From positions 2,356,001 through 2,420,000 of the forward strand of contig MU008159.1 of the NCBI GenBank assembly GCA_010909165.1: 64,000 nt of DNA, written 5' to 3'. Source of the DNA: Anthoceros angustus (Eukaryota > Plantae > Anthocerotophyta). Below are positions 36,893 to 47,578 of the stretch, one piece after another (within the stretch, counting starts at the first letter, position 1; the number at the start of each line of letters is the position of its first letter). The notes under the pieces were generated by a model. It was not told the origin of the DNA and did not search any database. It saw only the letters and a program-made list of their open reading frames with translations. A program made the translations under genes and the position numbers.

Positions 36893-38240
36893 CTAACAAT
36901 ATTTTACAACTCCGACTTCAAGATTCTCGAATTTCTTGGCATGCTCCTCTTCAATCGTTCTAGCCAAAAAATCAAACTTGTTCGTCTTTGGCTCTTTTTG
37001 GTTGCCCAAACTTTTCGTTCCACATACTCCCCACCTCACTGTTTGCGTCCTCGCAAACAGTACTGGGTGGAGGTACTTCTTGACCTTCCACCCATTCACT
37101 GCGAATTCCGCCCGACGGAGTTGCATGATCCATTCTCGTATACTGTGACTACCTCGTAAGGTCCCATCCATCTCAATCTAAGCTTCCCTGGAAAGTCTAG
37201 GTACCGACTATCATATAGAAGAACCAAATCCCCGTCCACGATAGTCTCCTGCTTCCTTAACCTCCCATCATGCCGATCTTTTCTGAGTTCCTGAATCCGC
37301 TGAGTCTCCTCTAAAGCATCCTCCCTACGTTCCTCCTGCTCTATGAACGATTCTAGTCTAGCTACCTGACTATCCTCTACAGTCATGCGTTCATCCTCCA
37401 TGATTCTGTAGGTAGGTACTTCAAATTCCACGGGCATCACAGGTGACATGCCATATGTTAGATAATAAGGGGTCTTCTTGGTGGTTATCTTCTCCGCGGT
37501 CCTGTAAGCCCACAATGCTGAGTGCAACTTGGCATCCCAATCATACATGTGCGTCACAGTTACCTTGGTGAGGATTGTGCACAACAACCCATTTGTCTTC
37601 TCCGTCAATCCATTCGCTTTGGGGTTGTAGGGAGTCGTCTTCCGATGCCGAATGTTGAAGTAGGTGGTCAGGGATTCAACGACCGAGTTGAGAAAATGTG
37701 TCCCCCGATCGCTGACCAACTCTAAAGGACATCCGTACAGTTATGATGTTCTCGAATAAAAACTTTTGCTACCGCAGCGCTCCCTTCCTTGCCGCCTCCA
37801 CCATCTTAGTACAATAATCCGTAGCCACCAAATGTCTGCTTCCTCGTCCATTGCGTTGGTGGTTTGATTGGTCCACGAATCGATTCCCCACTTCTCGAGC
37901 AGTGCTAGCGGTAAGATGTAGGTAAGAGGCCATTGTGTCGACAACGTAGGCCGCCCAACCCTCGACACGCATCACACCTTGGTGAATTCCCCACACATCC
38001 TTTTGCATCGTGAGCCCACCAACCCTCGCATTGAATCTTCTTAACGGTCACTGCGAATAGTGTCCACTCCCTCCGCATGTAGCGCCTCCCGTGGCGAGTG
38101 TAGCCTCCTCGGCTTCGAGACACCGTCGGATCTTCTCGCCCCATGGTGTGATCCCGTTGAATATTCGGACATTGCTCTTGCAGACGTGACAAGCTGACAG
38201 TTGTCGCCGGCCAAATATCCCATGTAGGTGTTCTCGAACA
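36893..38240 (-). mobile_element. Ty3/gypsy integrase (H2C2, rve and GPY/F modules), frameshifted, 5'-truncated
   Basis: SDRGTHFLN...RKTTPYNPKANGLTEKTNG...WDAKLHSALWAYRTA...TPYYLTYG; GKLRLRWMGPYEV; LPLALLEKWGID; CDAC. Confidence 0.95.
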
Positions 38241-38399
38241 CCTAGGAATTTACATCGCTATCTTTGGAGAAGCCCATCAAGCGTTCTCTTTCCCTTCCCA
38301 TTATGCATGACCTTCCCTCGAGAGCAGACCGATGGTTCCACGCCGTGGTTTGTTTCATGAGGATATTGTTGCTCGCCTCCACTCACCGGATGATGGCAG

Positions 38400-40997
38400 C
38401 CCGGTGGGGGCACGAATGATTGCCACTTCCGGACACGATGCCTCTCAATCCTTCCATCCGAAGCCTCGGTGACACTTTGAAGGCCCCGACAACCGCAAAT
38501 ACTCTATCATGCGAGAGCAGCGCGGGATCGTTGACGTTGACAAAAAGTGAAGGGGAGACAATGCTTGCAGATTTCAAGAAGCCTTGTTGCAACAAAATGT
38601 GTTTGCTAAAGCTGACCAAAGAGCGATTTCAGGAGCAGCGATACCGCTTTCTTCGGATGGGAAGGCAGGAACAGGAGACATTTCCGATCTCTTGTTTGAT
38701 CGGATGGAGTGCAGGATAGAAGGAAAGCGGTCACACATCTCATGGGAGGCGACTCTTATCAGCTTGAAGGCTTTCAAAAGAGTGTATTGCCTTGGGCACA
38801 AGAGGTATGAGGAGCTAAAGAGCAGAGTCTTTCTGGAATCACCTTGGGATGGATTCGGACCAAACCCAAAGGCACAATCTACTTATGCGCTTGATGCCAT
38901 TTCTTGGATGGACAATGCTTTTATGTTTATGGCCCACCGATGTGTCTTTCATGTGCTTGTTCCTCTGGTTGTTGAATGCTCTGCCTATCATCTGGCACCG
39001 GATGTACCCTTCTTCTGTCTTCTTCTGTCATGATCGATTCATGTGCTTGCAATGCCCAATACTTACATTGGATTGGCTTTCCCCGGGAGGCGTCCTCCTG
39101 CGGGCGCCTCGTGGGCGCCGGCCGGCGCCGAGAGGGTTGGACGGCTGAGGGGCCGCGGCCGGCCGCGCCTTCCTGTCACTGCTTATGATGATTCGAGACC
39201 CCTCCCAAATCATCCGTCCAAAAGGAAGGGGTGGCGCCACCGACGCCGCCCTTCCCCCTGCTTGTCACCGCATGAATGTTTGGTAAGAGCCCGAAAACGC
39301 TTTTGTATAGGTTGGATGGTTCTCTACAAAGCCCAAAGGTGGATGGTGAGGATGGGGGTCTTTTTATTCTGATTATGATGTTCGTTTTGGAGAAATACCG
39401 GTTGCCTTGGAAGCACATCGTGTGCGGCTCCACCAGAATGAAATGGCTAAACACAGGAGCAAGAGCTATGTGGAGCCACATAAGTATATCTGCTATCAAT
39501 TGATGGAATGGACCAAAAAGAGATACCTCATCTTCTCCGGTGGCGAAAAACCTCAGAGGAGTGTCGATTTCACCACGTGGTTGGGTGCATGATTCACAAC
39601 TATACGCTTAAAGCTAGAGCCTATTTGCATTATGCGAATCTGGAACGACGCGAATCTTACGATCACCATTATTCAGGACGTTATACATAACTACGAGGGT
39701 GTCCTGCCAAGAGTTTTGTACTTGCGGTTGGACAACACATGCGGGGAGAATAAGAACCACCGCTTTTATCCGAACATGCTTGTTGATATGGGTACTTTTG
39801 AAAAGTGAAAGTGGGATTCCTTTTGGTCGGACATACTCATGATCAAATCGACGGATGTTTTCTTGCTTCTCCAAAAGCTTGAAACATAAAGAAGCTCACA
39901 CGCTTCCGCATTGTCGAGATCTGGTACACGCCGCTACGAGGTCAAGGTATTGATCATGTAATACTTCCGGCCATATGTGTGGCCCATTACACAAGGCCGA
40001 GAGGACTCGATTATGGGGCGGTTAAGAAACCGAACAACCTATCGCTCCAAAGTCCAAAATAACACGTGAAGAAAAAGCGGCCCGTGGGTTTGTGACGATC
40101 GAGAAGCAAGATTCGACCTCGCCTCGGGGAAATCAAGGGGTTTGGAGTTTTTGAAATTCGTGCCTTCGGACACTATAACAGCTGCGCCCTTGACTGCACT
40201 GCGGTCGAGGGATAAAAAAGGAAGCCACATGATATTATCTCCAACTGCAGCCGTTGCTCATCTAAAGGCTGGTCTTGCAGAACTTAGGCCGTATGTGACA
40301 TCCAGGGAGTTTTTATGGTGGGAAGCTTTCTGGGTGGACCAGGAGGAGATTGCTGTTATTGTGGAAAACAACATTGGCCTTGTGCTACACAAACCTTGGA
40401 GGTGAGACTGTGCGTGCACAACCAACCTCTGCATGTTCCGGATGAAGCACTGCTGGAGGAGGCATTGCTGAGGGAGCTCCCACAACGAGATATGTATTTG
40501 GGAGCATACCAAAATCTGGGGAGGCAACAACAAGAAATGTCACGGTTGAATGGTGATATCGCAGAAATAAAGGCAGGAATGTTAGTTGCAGTTCCCGCGG
40601 GCACCGACACGCAAAATAGGCCCTTTTGGATTGGCAAGGTGACTTGTGTTGAACTACATGCACCAGAGCCTCACTTCCTTGTTCATTGGTACAGAACTGA
40701 ACACACAGATGCGTATGAAGGGAGGTACGTGGAAGAATATATAATCGAGGGATGGCCGCAGTGAAGCAACTCGGGAGACGGGGGCTAAGGCTATCCGTCA
40801 AGAATATCCAACAAGTTTTTGTTCACCAAGCAGTCATCCTCTATTATGGGTTCAGCCTCGCTGGAAAACATTTGTCTGTTGTGGATAAGAAGGCCATAAA
40901 AGATAAGTTAATTGAATTGCGAGGGTTTATTCAACCAGAGTCAAAGTGCAACCGAGGACAACAAGAGGATGGTGTGATGCGGGCCCAAATAAGATGA
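38400..40997 (+). pseudogene. Sola-type (DUF7869-like) DDD transposase with C-terminal SH3/Tudor-like barrel; introns and frameshifts
   Basis: KPCCNKMCL N-terminal Cys motif; SIDGMDQK (about 39497); LYLRLDNTCGENKN (about 39715); VKVGFLLVGHTHDQID (about 39805-39850); GMLVAVP...PFWIGKV...FLVHWY (40575-40690). Confidence 0.8.
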
Positions 40998-41879
40998 AGG
41001 CGTGGAGTCGGCAAGAGTAGGAAACACTCGAATGATCATCATTTTCGGCAATTGATGAGGTTATCGTCATGCTCTATTCTCGTAGTTTGCGGTGCACAAT
41101 TCTATGTCGGTGCACATTTGAATAGTATCTACGCCCATGCTAGGCTTTTGGTTGTGGCTATCCTCTATGAAGTTGTAGACTGCTATAGATATTATCTTCC
41201 ATTTTTCAAGAGTTTGTGCTTACCATAGAGAAGGACACGTGGGACTGTAGGTAGGGCCGACATCGGCATTGCGGCATAATGTAAGGCATCATCGTTGAGC
41301 CGTGCGGGCATGTTCCTCTGTGCGTCATGACGGCGGGAACTAGTTTCACGATCGCTTTAAGTTCATCGATTGCGATCGGGGGCTGGTGAATATATTTGCG
41401 ACCACAATTGAGACCTGAAGCCATCCCCACCCAATCCAAGTCTTTTCAAACCAAATCCGAGTTAAGGCACGCAACTCCCGCCATTCGCAAGGGATCATCG
41501 GCATGGCGGAAGGGCGCCGGCCGGCGTCCTTCCTCTCAAACCGCATACCGCCGCCACGGGGTCACCGTCCTCAAAGTTCATCACCCTTCTTTTTGTAGAT
41601 TTCATTTTGCTCCACGGAAAAGACCGGCAATTACCGCAAAGAATGGCCTTTGTCATGGGTCTTAAATGCGGACCAATTGAGGTTAACTCTAACACCATAA
41701 CCCTTCGTGGCGTTGAATGGATCTTCTATCACCGGGTTCTACTTTAATTGTCACCCTTCTTTTCTCATCAGAATTGACCCATACCCCAAAAGTGGGAGTT
41801 CAATGCCCATGTGAAACCCCCTTCAGAGGATATATGTCACAAAACCCTCTTCGTGAATATTCACCCCCTTCGAAAGATA

Positions 41880-44800
41880 TCGCGTTTTGGATGGTTGTTC
41901 AGGATCCGGAACCAGAAGACGAGAGCATGTTTTGGACTCCGTTGTACAAGCTGTGGATTATGGGTTACAAGGATGCACTGCCAAATCAACGGGCAAGGGT
42001 AGGGTGGCTAGTGTGGGCAACATTGGACATGTCCAATGGGGATCCTGTAGCACAGTTGCTGTGCATTACAAGGCCCCAAGAATTTGATGCGGTGCCACGG
42101 TCCCGGTATACAGGCGTTCGAGATCGGGTTCAACAATCTTGTGATCAAGAAATGCGAACTGTGCTTTTGTCGGAATGTAGGCGGAGCAATCGTATTCGCA
42201 AACCTTATCCAATTTCCGCTTTCCAATGTTTATGCTTTACCGTCTGCCTCTAACAGTGAGCATTGTTCATTGTGCAGGGCTCTGTGATGGGGAATGCATT
42301 CATCAGGACGTTGTGTGCGGAAATCACACAAATGCGGGCAAGATGAGGGTCATGTATGCGCAAGAGCCGAGGTGCGTGATGAGGAGGAAGAGAATGACAG
42401 TGAGAATGAGGAGGGCACAGAGTTTGGCCGAGGATGAAGACTATGGCCCGATACGATATCTGGACATCGAAGAAAATTCGGACGCAGCAGACGAGGATGC
42501 GGGGTTTTCATGCCTTATGAAACCCTCGGGGTTGCACTGGAAAATGGGAGAGGCGCTGGCGCACCGGCGTCGGATCGAGGAAGGGTCTTGGAAGTTGGAG
42601 AGGAACCAGGCGCCGGCCGCGCCTCACGCCAGGAGGGGCACAAGGCTCCAGCGCATGAGAGGGAGGCGGCGCCGGCCGGCGCCTCTCATGACACAACAGA
42701 GGAGAGGCGGTAGGGACTAAGGGAAAGGAAGGCGGGATCTGCTTGAAGGAGATCGGAGAAGAGGGAATGACGAGAGGACCATCCTAAGGCAAAAGCAAAG
42801 AGGAAAGGAACAACCGCAGAGGGTGGAAAATGTGGTGACATTCCCACATGTGACAACAGACCGAGGAGAGGATTGCGGAAGCTATCCGGATGAAGACCCC
42901 GACACGGGTCGAGAAGCGACATATCACGAAGAAGGTAGTATTGGAAACAAAGCTTGGTGAAATTGGAGAACCTTCGACCGATCGCACTTACGCCCGATGC
43001 GATGAGCACGTGGGTGGATGAAGCATGGGCCAATTATTTGGCGCGTGTTATATCAAAGGAGGATTGAAGAGGGCGTTTTGCCTTTATTATGTATGATTGA
43101 TCCGGAGTGTGATGACATGGAAAAGCTAGATGGCGTAGATTCATAAAAAATATGTCATGGGAGTACTTGGAGGAAACCACACTTATATGAATGAAGCATC
43201 TTGCGACATCTCCGCAAAAGCGGTTTCAGTATGTGGAGGCTCATGTGTACTGTGGTCTCAACGTATAGGAGATGCGAGTCCTCGCCACGACCATAATACT
43301 ATGTCCCAAGAAGATGAATTTTATAGAGGTGAGGTATTTGCGTGATGAATTGATTATTGCGAAACGGATGCTATGTATGACCATGACATGGAAATTCAAC
43401 TGTATAAGGTGTTGGGGCTTATTGAGGATGATGAAGCACGAAGATGATGTTTATAAATGTAACAAGGTTGACAACAGACCACATTTTATGCATCGCTAAA
43501 CAAGAGGGTAGGGTATGGGAAAATGTAGACAAGATATTTACCAAGTGGGAAGCAGGGGAGTTGCCAGAGCAGAAGAAGCATGTGATAGCAGGGACAAGCA
43601 AGAAGAGCAAGGTGAAGCGGAAAGTGGCCGAGGAGGCCAACAAAATAGACTCTGTTTATGTGAAGCCAAAAGATATGCTTGCAAAGCCTTGGAAATCATT
43701 TCAAGGGATTCCAGCGGGGGAGTGTGGGCAGCAGATACTTATCACCGCTACAGAGAAAGTGTTGGCAGGTCTCATTGACCTGAAAGGAATGGATGACGAT
43801 ATATCTCTTCGGAAGAAATTTCATATTATTCAAGTGGCGATGGCAAAACACCTTGGTTGCTCGTCTTTTGAAGAGGTTCGGCAGGAGTATCCCCAGCACT
43901 CAACTGATGAAATGCTTTCGCGATTCCAAACGGCATTTGCGGGAAAGGTAAGCCATTTTCCCAGACCTTCTTTCCATGTTCAATTCGCCTGGGGGCGCCG
44001 GCCGGCGCCCCCTGATCATTGTTTTGGGGGCGCCGGCCGGCCGCCGGCGCCCCCTCTGGTCTCCATGCGGAGCAGGGCAGGGCGCCGGCCGGCGCCGGCC
44101 GGCGCGCCGGCGGCGGCGCCCTCACGATGATCACCGGTGTTGATCGGGCGAGCGCCCCCACTAGTTGTGAGGTGCTTGAGCCAGTCTACGCATTCTAACA
44201 GGTTGTTTTTTTGGCAGCAACTGAAGGACGTGGAGGTCTTGACAAAGCTGCCCGACGACTTCCGGCATTTTATTTTCGAGATCAATAATTGGAAGGGCCT
44301 AGAGAATGAGCAGCGGGCTTTGGCGGACAAGGACTTGGAAGAAGGACTCCATGTATTCAATGTTCCGTCGACTGAGAAACAGGTCCAGTACCTGGTGGAA
44401 GCCCGCAACGTTCTGGACATGCGTGGGTTTTTGAGGGGAAGGAAATACACCCTTCTTGTCATGGATGTTCCCCGTGGATTTGACATCGGGCCAATGGACA
44501 AACGAATGGATTTATCAATGATGGGTGCTGTGTTTCAAAGTTTCGGAGAAAGCGGAAAATGACGACTTCAATTATCGTCATGCATGGTGTTGAAGAAGCC
44601 CATACGGTAAGGGAGGGAGGCGGAAGTGGTGTGCCAAAGGCGGCTTGGTGTCATTCATCGGGATAAGACTAACATGAACAACGTGAGGCGATTTGAGACG
44701 TGGAATACGTTACAGTTGGATGGGGTGTGAAAGATGGATGTTCAAGGAGCCATGATGCCAAATGTGATGCACGGGACCTTCAACAATGGAAGATCTGTTA

Positions 44801-45430
44801 TTGGACACCCTACTGTCGTCAAGAAACATGTTTACCTGTCTCATGACAAGTTGGTAGTGTGCCCATACCAGAGACCATTGGGTCTTATGATGAAACTCGT
44901 GAGGACATTCTCCAAGGAGGGAGGCGGGTTATTGATGCATGCTCGAGGCGGTGGACTCGACACACTAGCCGGCTGGTCAGTGTGGCCGGAACTGTATTGC
45001 AATAGAGGCGGACTTGAGATGCGCAGGTTACATTGCACAGCGCATACACGGTGTTGATGTCCCGCCTGCGGCATTTAGGAGCCGACTTTTGAGCCGCACG
45101 AGGACCATCTCGTGGGCCAAAAGAGGTTTGTAGTAGTGAGAAAGACTGCTTGAAAGCCCAAGTCGTGGCATTGAGTGCGAAGAGGTTAAAGACGACAACC
45201 GGCGAACTTATGGATGATGGACAGCAGACATTGGATGCTGTATGGCAGTCGACCCCGACAAACGACGACACCCAAAATGATATCAATGAAGACCAGCAGG
45301 CTTTAGGTGCGAATGATAGCTTTGACGCACAGGAGATGGAGCGCATGCGGAATTTGGCACTTGTAGAGGATTCAGTTCCGGTGGATGCAATGGTGGACTC
45401 ACATACAAGCCCTCACGATAAAACACTGTA
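41880..45430 (+). pseudogene. Cargo gene copy 2: Cys-rich region, ParB/Srx-like domain and beta-class N4C/N6A DNA methyltransferase-like domain
   Basis: WVDEAWANYLARVISKE...LPLLCMID...GVLGGNHT...YVEAHVYCGLN..MRVLA.DHN (43010-43300); LLVMDVPRGFDIG (44452-44490); PYQRPLGLMMKLVRTFSKEG..VIDACS...GRNCIAIEAD (44863-45013). There is a GT-AG intron at about 43948-44215. Confidence 0.8.
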
Positions 45431-45798
45431 GACGCTGATTAGCAAATTCTCCCTATGCAGTTAGCGGGTGTAGGTGTTTAGTTTTGCTAGTTTTGCTACT
45501 ACGAGAACATGCATGTTCCGGATGTTTCCGAACCCTTTTAAATTTAACAATGGGACTTTTCTCTAATTTTGTTGTTACATGCTTTGTTTAGTAAGTGTTG
45601 CCGGCGCATGGGGTTCGTGTGGGGGATGTCCTGTTCAGTTTGATTTTCCGCTATGGATATGCATACACGGATGGTGTCTGTATTCTGAAACCAGCCGTTT
45701 TCCGCAATTTGAGGATGGTGTCTTTTCCGTCAAAGGGGTTATTTTTTCCTTGAAGGGGGTTTGTATATTCCCCCCCTTCAAAATTTATGGTGTTAACA

Positions 45799-47327
45799 CT
45801 GAAAACAGGCAATCAGGTCAGAACTAGAATCCCTACAAGCGAATAATACTTGGACCTTAACTTCTTTACCTAAGGATAGAAAACGAGTAGGTTGTAAGTG
45901 GACTTTTAAGATTAAGTTAAATGCTGATGGGAGCATAGAAAGATACAAAGCTAGATTAGTAGCAAAGGGATCTCAAAAATATGGTTTTGACTACGACGAA
46001 ACCTTTAGCCCTGTACTTAAAATAACCTCACTCAGGATCCTCTTAGTCTTAGCATCTCACCATGACTATGAGCTAATGCAACTTGATATCAAGACAACTT
46101 TTCTATATGGAGACTTTAACCACACCATCTACATGGAGATCCTTGAAGGAATACATGTCAAGGATAGGGCAAAATACAATGCCTGCCTACTACTAAAGTC
46201 CTTATATGGACTTAAGCAAAGTGCTATGAAATGGTTTTTAAGCTAGATGTTAGCATTAAGGAATTAGGGTTTACTAAGCTAAATTCCGATAGTAATATTT
46301 ACATTAAAAGATCAGGTGGCCACTTTATTGTCTTAGGAGTATATGTGGAAGACATAGTCCTTATGTCCAACTCTAAGGCCATATTAGAAGACACCAGGTC
46401 TATGCTAGCTAAACGTTTCTCTATGACCACTTGTAGAGAACTTTCTTTTTGTCTAGGCATTCAGGTTCTAAGGGATAGAAATGCGAGAAGCATTCTCATT
46501 CACCAATCCAAGTATATTCAAGAGATTTTAACCAAGTTTAAGATGTTAGATGCTAGACCTATCTCTACACCCATGGAAATGAACCTTAAGCTTAGCAAAG
46601 AACCGGATCAACTGGATGACACCTCAGATACTACTCTTCCTCCTTACTCTTCAGCCGTAGGTAGTCTTATGTACCTCATGGTTTGTACTACACCAAACCT
46701 ATCCTATTCAGTTGGAGCTCTATCACAGTTTCTATCAGCTCCTACTCAAGCTCATTGGAAGGCAGTCAAGAGGATATTCCGATACCTAAGAGCAACCCCG
46801 GACTTAGGGCTGCTTTACCAGTCACACAGCCTCTACAACTTGAAGGCTTTAGCGATGCTGACTGGGCCGGCAACATTGACGACAGAAAGAGCACAAGTAG
46901 TTATGTATACCTATTTGGAGGCACAGCAACAAGCTGGAGTAGTAAGCGGCAACAAGTAGTCGCACTCAGCTCAACCGAGGCCGAGTATTGCTCCTTAACT
47001 CATGCTTGCAAAGATGGACTTTGGCAACTCCTCCAACTTTCGGAGTTAGGCGAGACCCAGAGGATTCATAGGCTGCTTTATTGCGACAATCAAAGTGCTA
47101 TTGCACTCACATACAACCCGAAGTTCTATGCACGGACGAAGCACCTGGAAGTACAATTCCACTTCATAAGGCAAGTAGTTGATGAAGGCAAATTTATAGT
47201 TCTTTATTGCCCAACAGAACAAATGACGGTGGACGTGCTTATGAAAGCACTCAGCTCTATCAAACACCAAGAACACACGACAAGTATGGGACTAAGAAGA
47301 GTCTCAGAAATCAACTTTAATACTTAG
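45799..47327 (+). mobile_element. pol: copia reverse transcriptase plus RNase H (frameshifted)
   Basis: ELESLQANNTWTL...VGCKWTFKIK...ERYKARLVAKG; QLDIKTTFLYG; KSLYGLKQS; LGVYVEDIV; YSSAVGSLMYL; FSDADWAGNIDDRKSTS; ALSSTEAEY; CDNQSAI; RTKHLEVQFHFIR. Confidence 0.97.
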
Positions 47328-47362
47328 TAAAATTGAAATATAAAGCCTAAGGACTAGATGGT

Positions 47363-47578
47363 AAGTGGGAATGTTAAAACGAATAGCACGCTAGCCCTTA
47401 GGGCTCGTTTGGATTTTAAGTTTTAGGACCCGAAAGGGTATTCAGCGAAACGTCATGAACATGCGGTTACGTTTTAGCATAACGTTTGGGCAGAGCCCCA
47501 TGCTCACAACATTCGTAGCACATGAACTTCTAAATCTATACGCCACTCGATTTCGGTCTCGGTCCATCGACCGCAACA
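47363..47578 (+). repeat. Polypurine tract (aagtgggaa) plus copia 3' LTR (47372-47578)
   Basis: tgttaaaacgaatagc...ccgcaaca, homologous to the 5' LTR. Confidence 0.92.

Larger units (their letters stand above)
38300..45794 (+). mobile_element. Sola-like DNA transposon 2 (transposase plus cargo gene); right TIR ends at 45794, left end not found
   Basis: The right end gggggtttgtatattcccccccttcaaaatttatggtgtt is homologous to the element 1 right TIR and abuts copia RT sequence. Confidence 0.8.
21561..47578 (+). mobile_element. Ty1/copia LTR retrotransposon with about 23 kb of nested insertions; TSD TGCCG
   Basis: LTR pair 21561-21764 and 47372-47578. tgccg lies at 21556-21560 and after the duplicated 3' LTR at 48783-48787. 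The empty site gcatgccgtctatg is near 53975. gag starts at 22407 and RT-RNase H spans 45.8-47.3 kb. Confidence 0.9.

Noticed and set aside
41691-41700. aacaccataa as the left TIR of Sola-like element 2
   Set aside because: It matches only the first 10 bases of the right TIR, there is no AACA TSD, and the same 10-mer occurs near 57885 and 59695.
45127-45141. tttgtagtagtg-aga looks like the right CACTA TIR with an AGA TSD matching 22602-22604
   Set aside because: Sequence on both sides is colinear with 20840-20900 in the other cargo-gene copy, so it is internal coding sequence and the match is coincidental.
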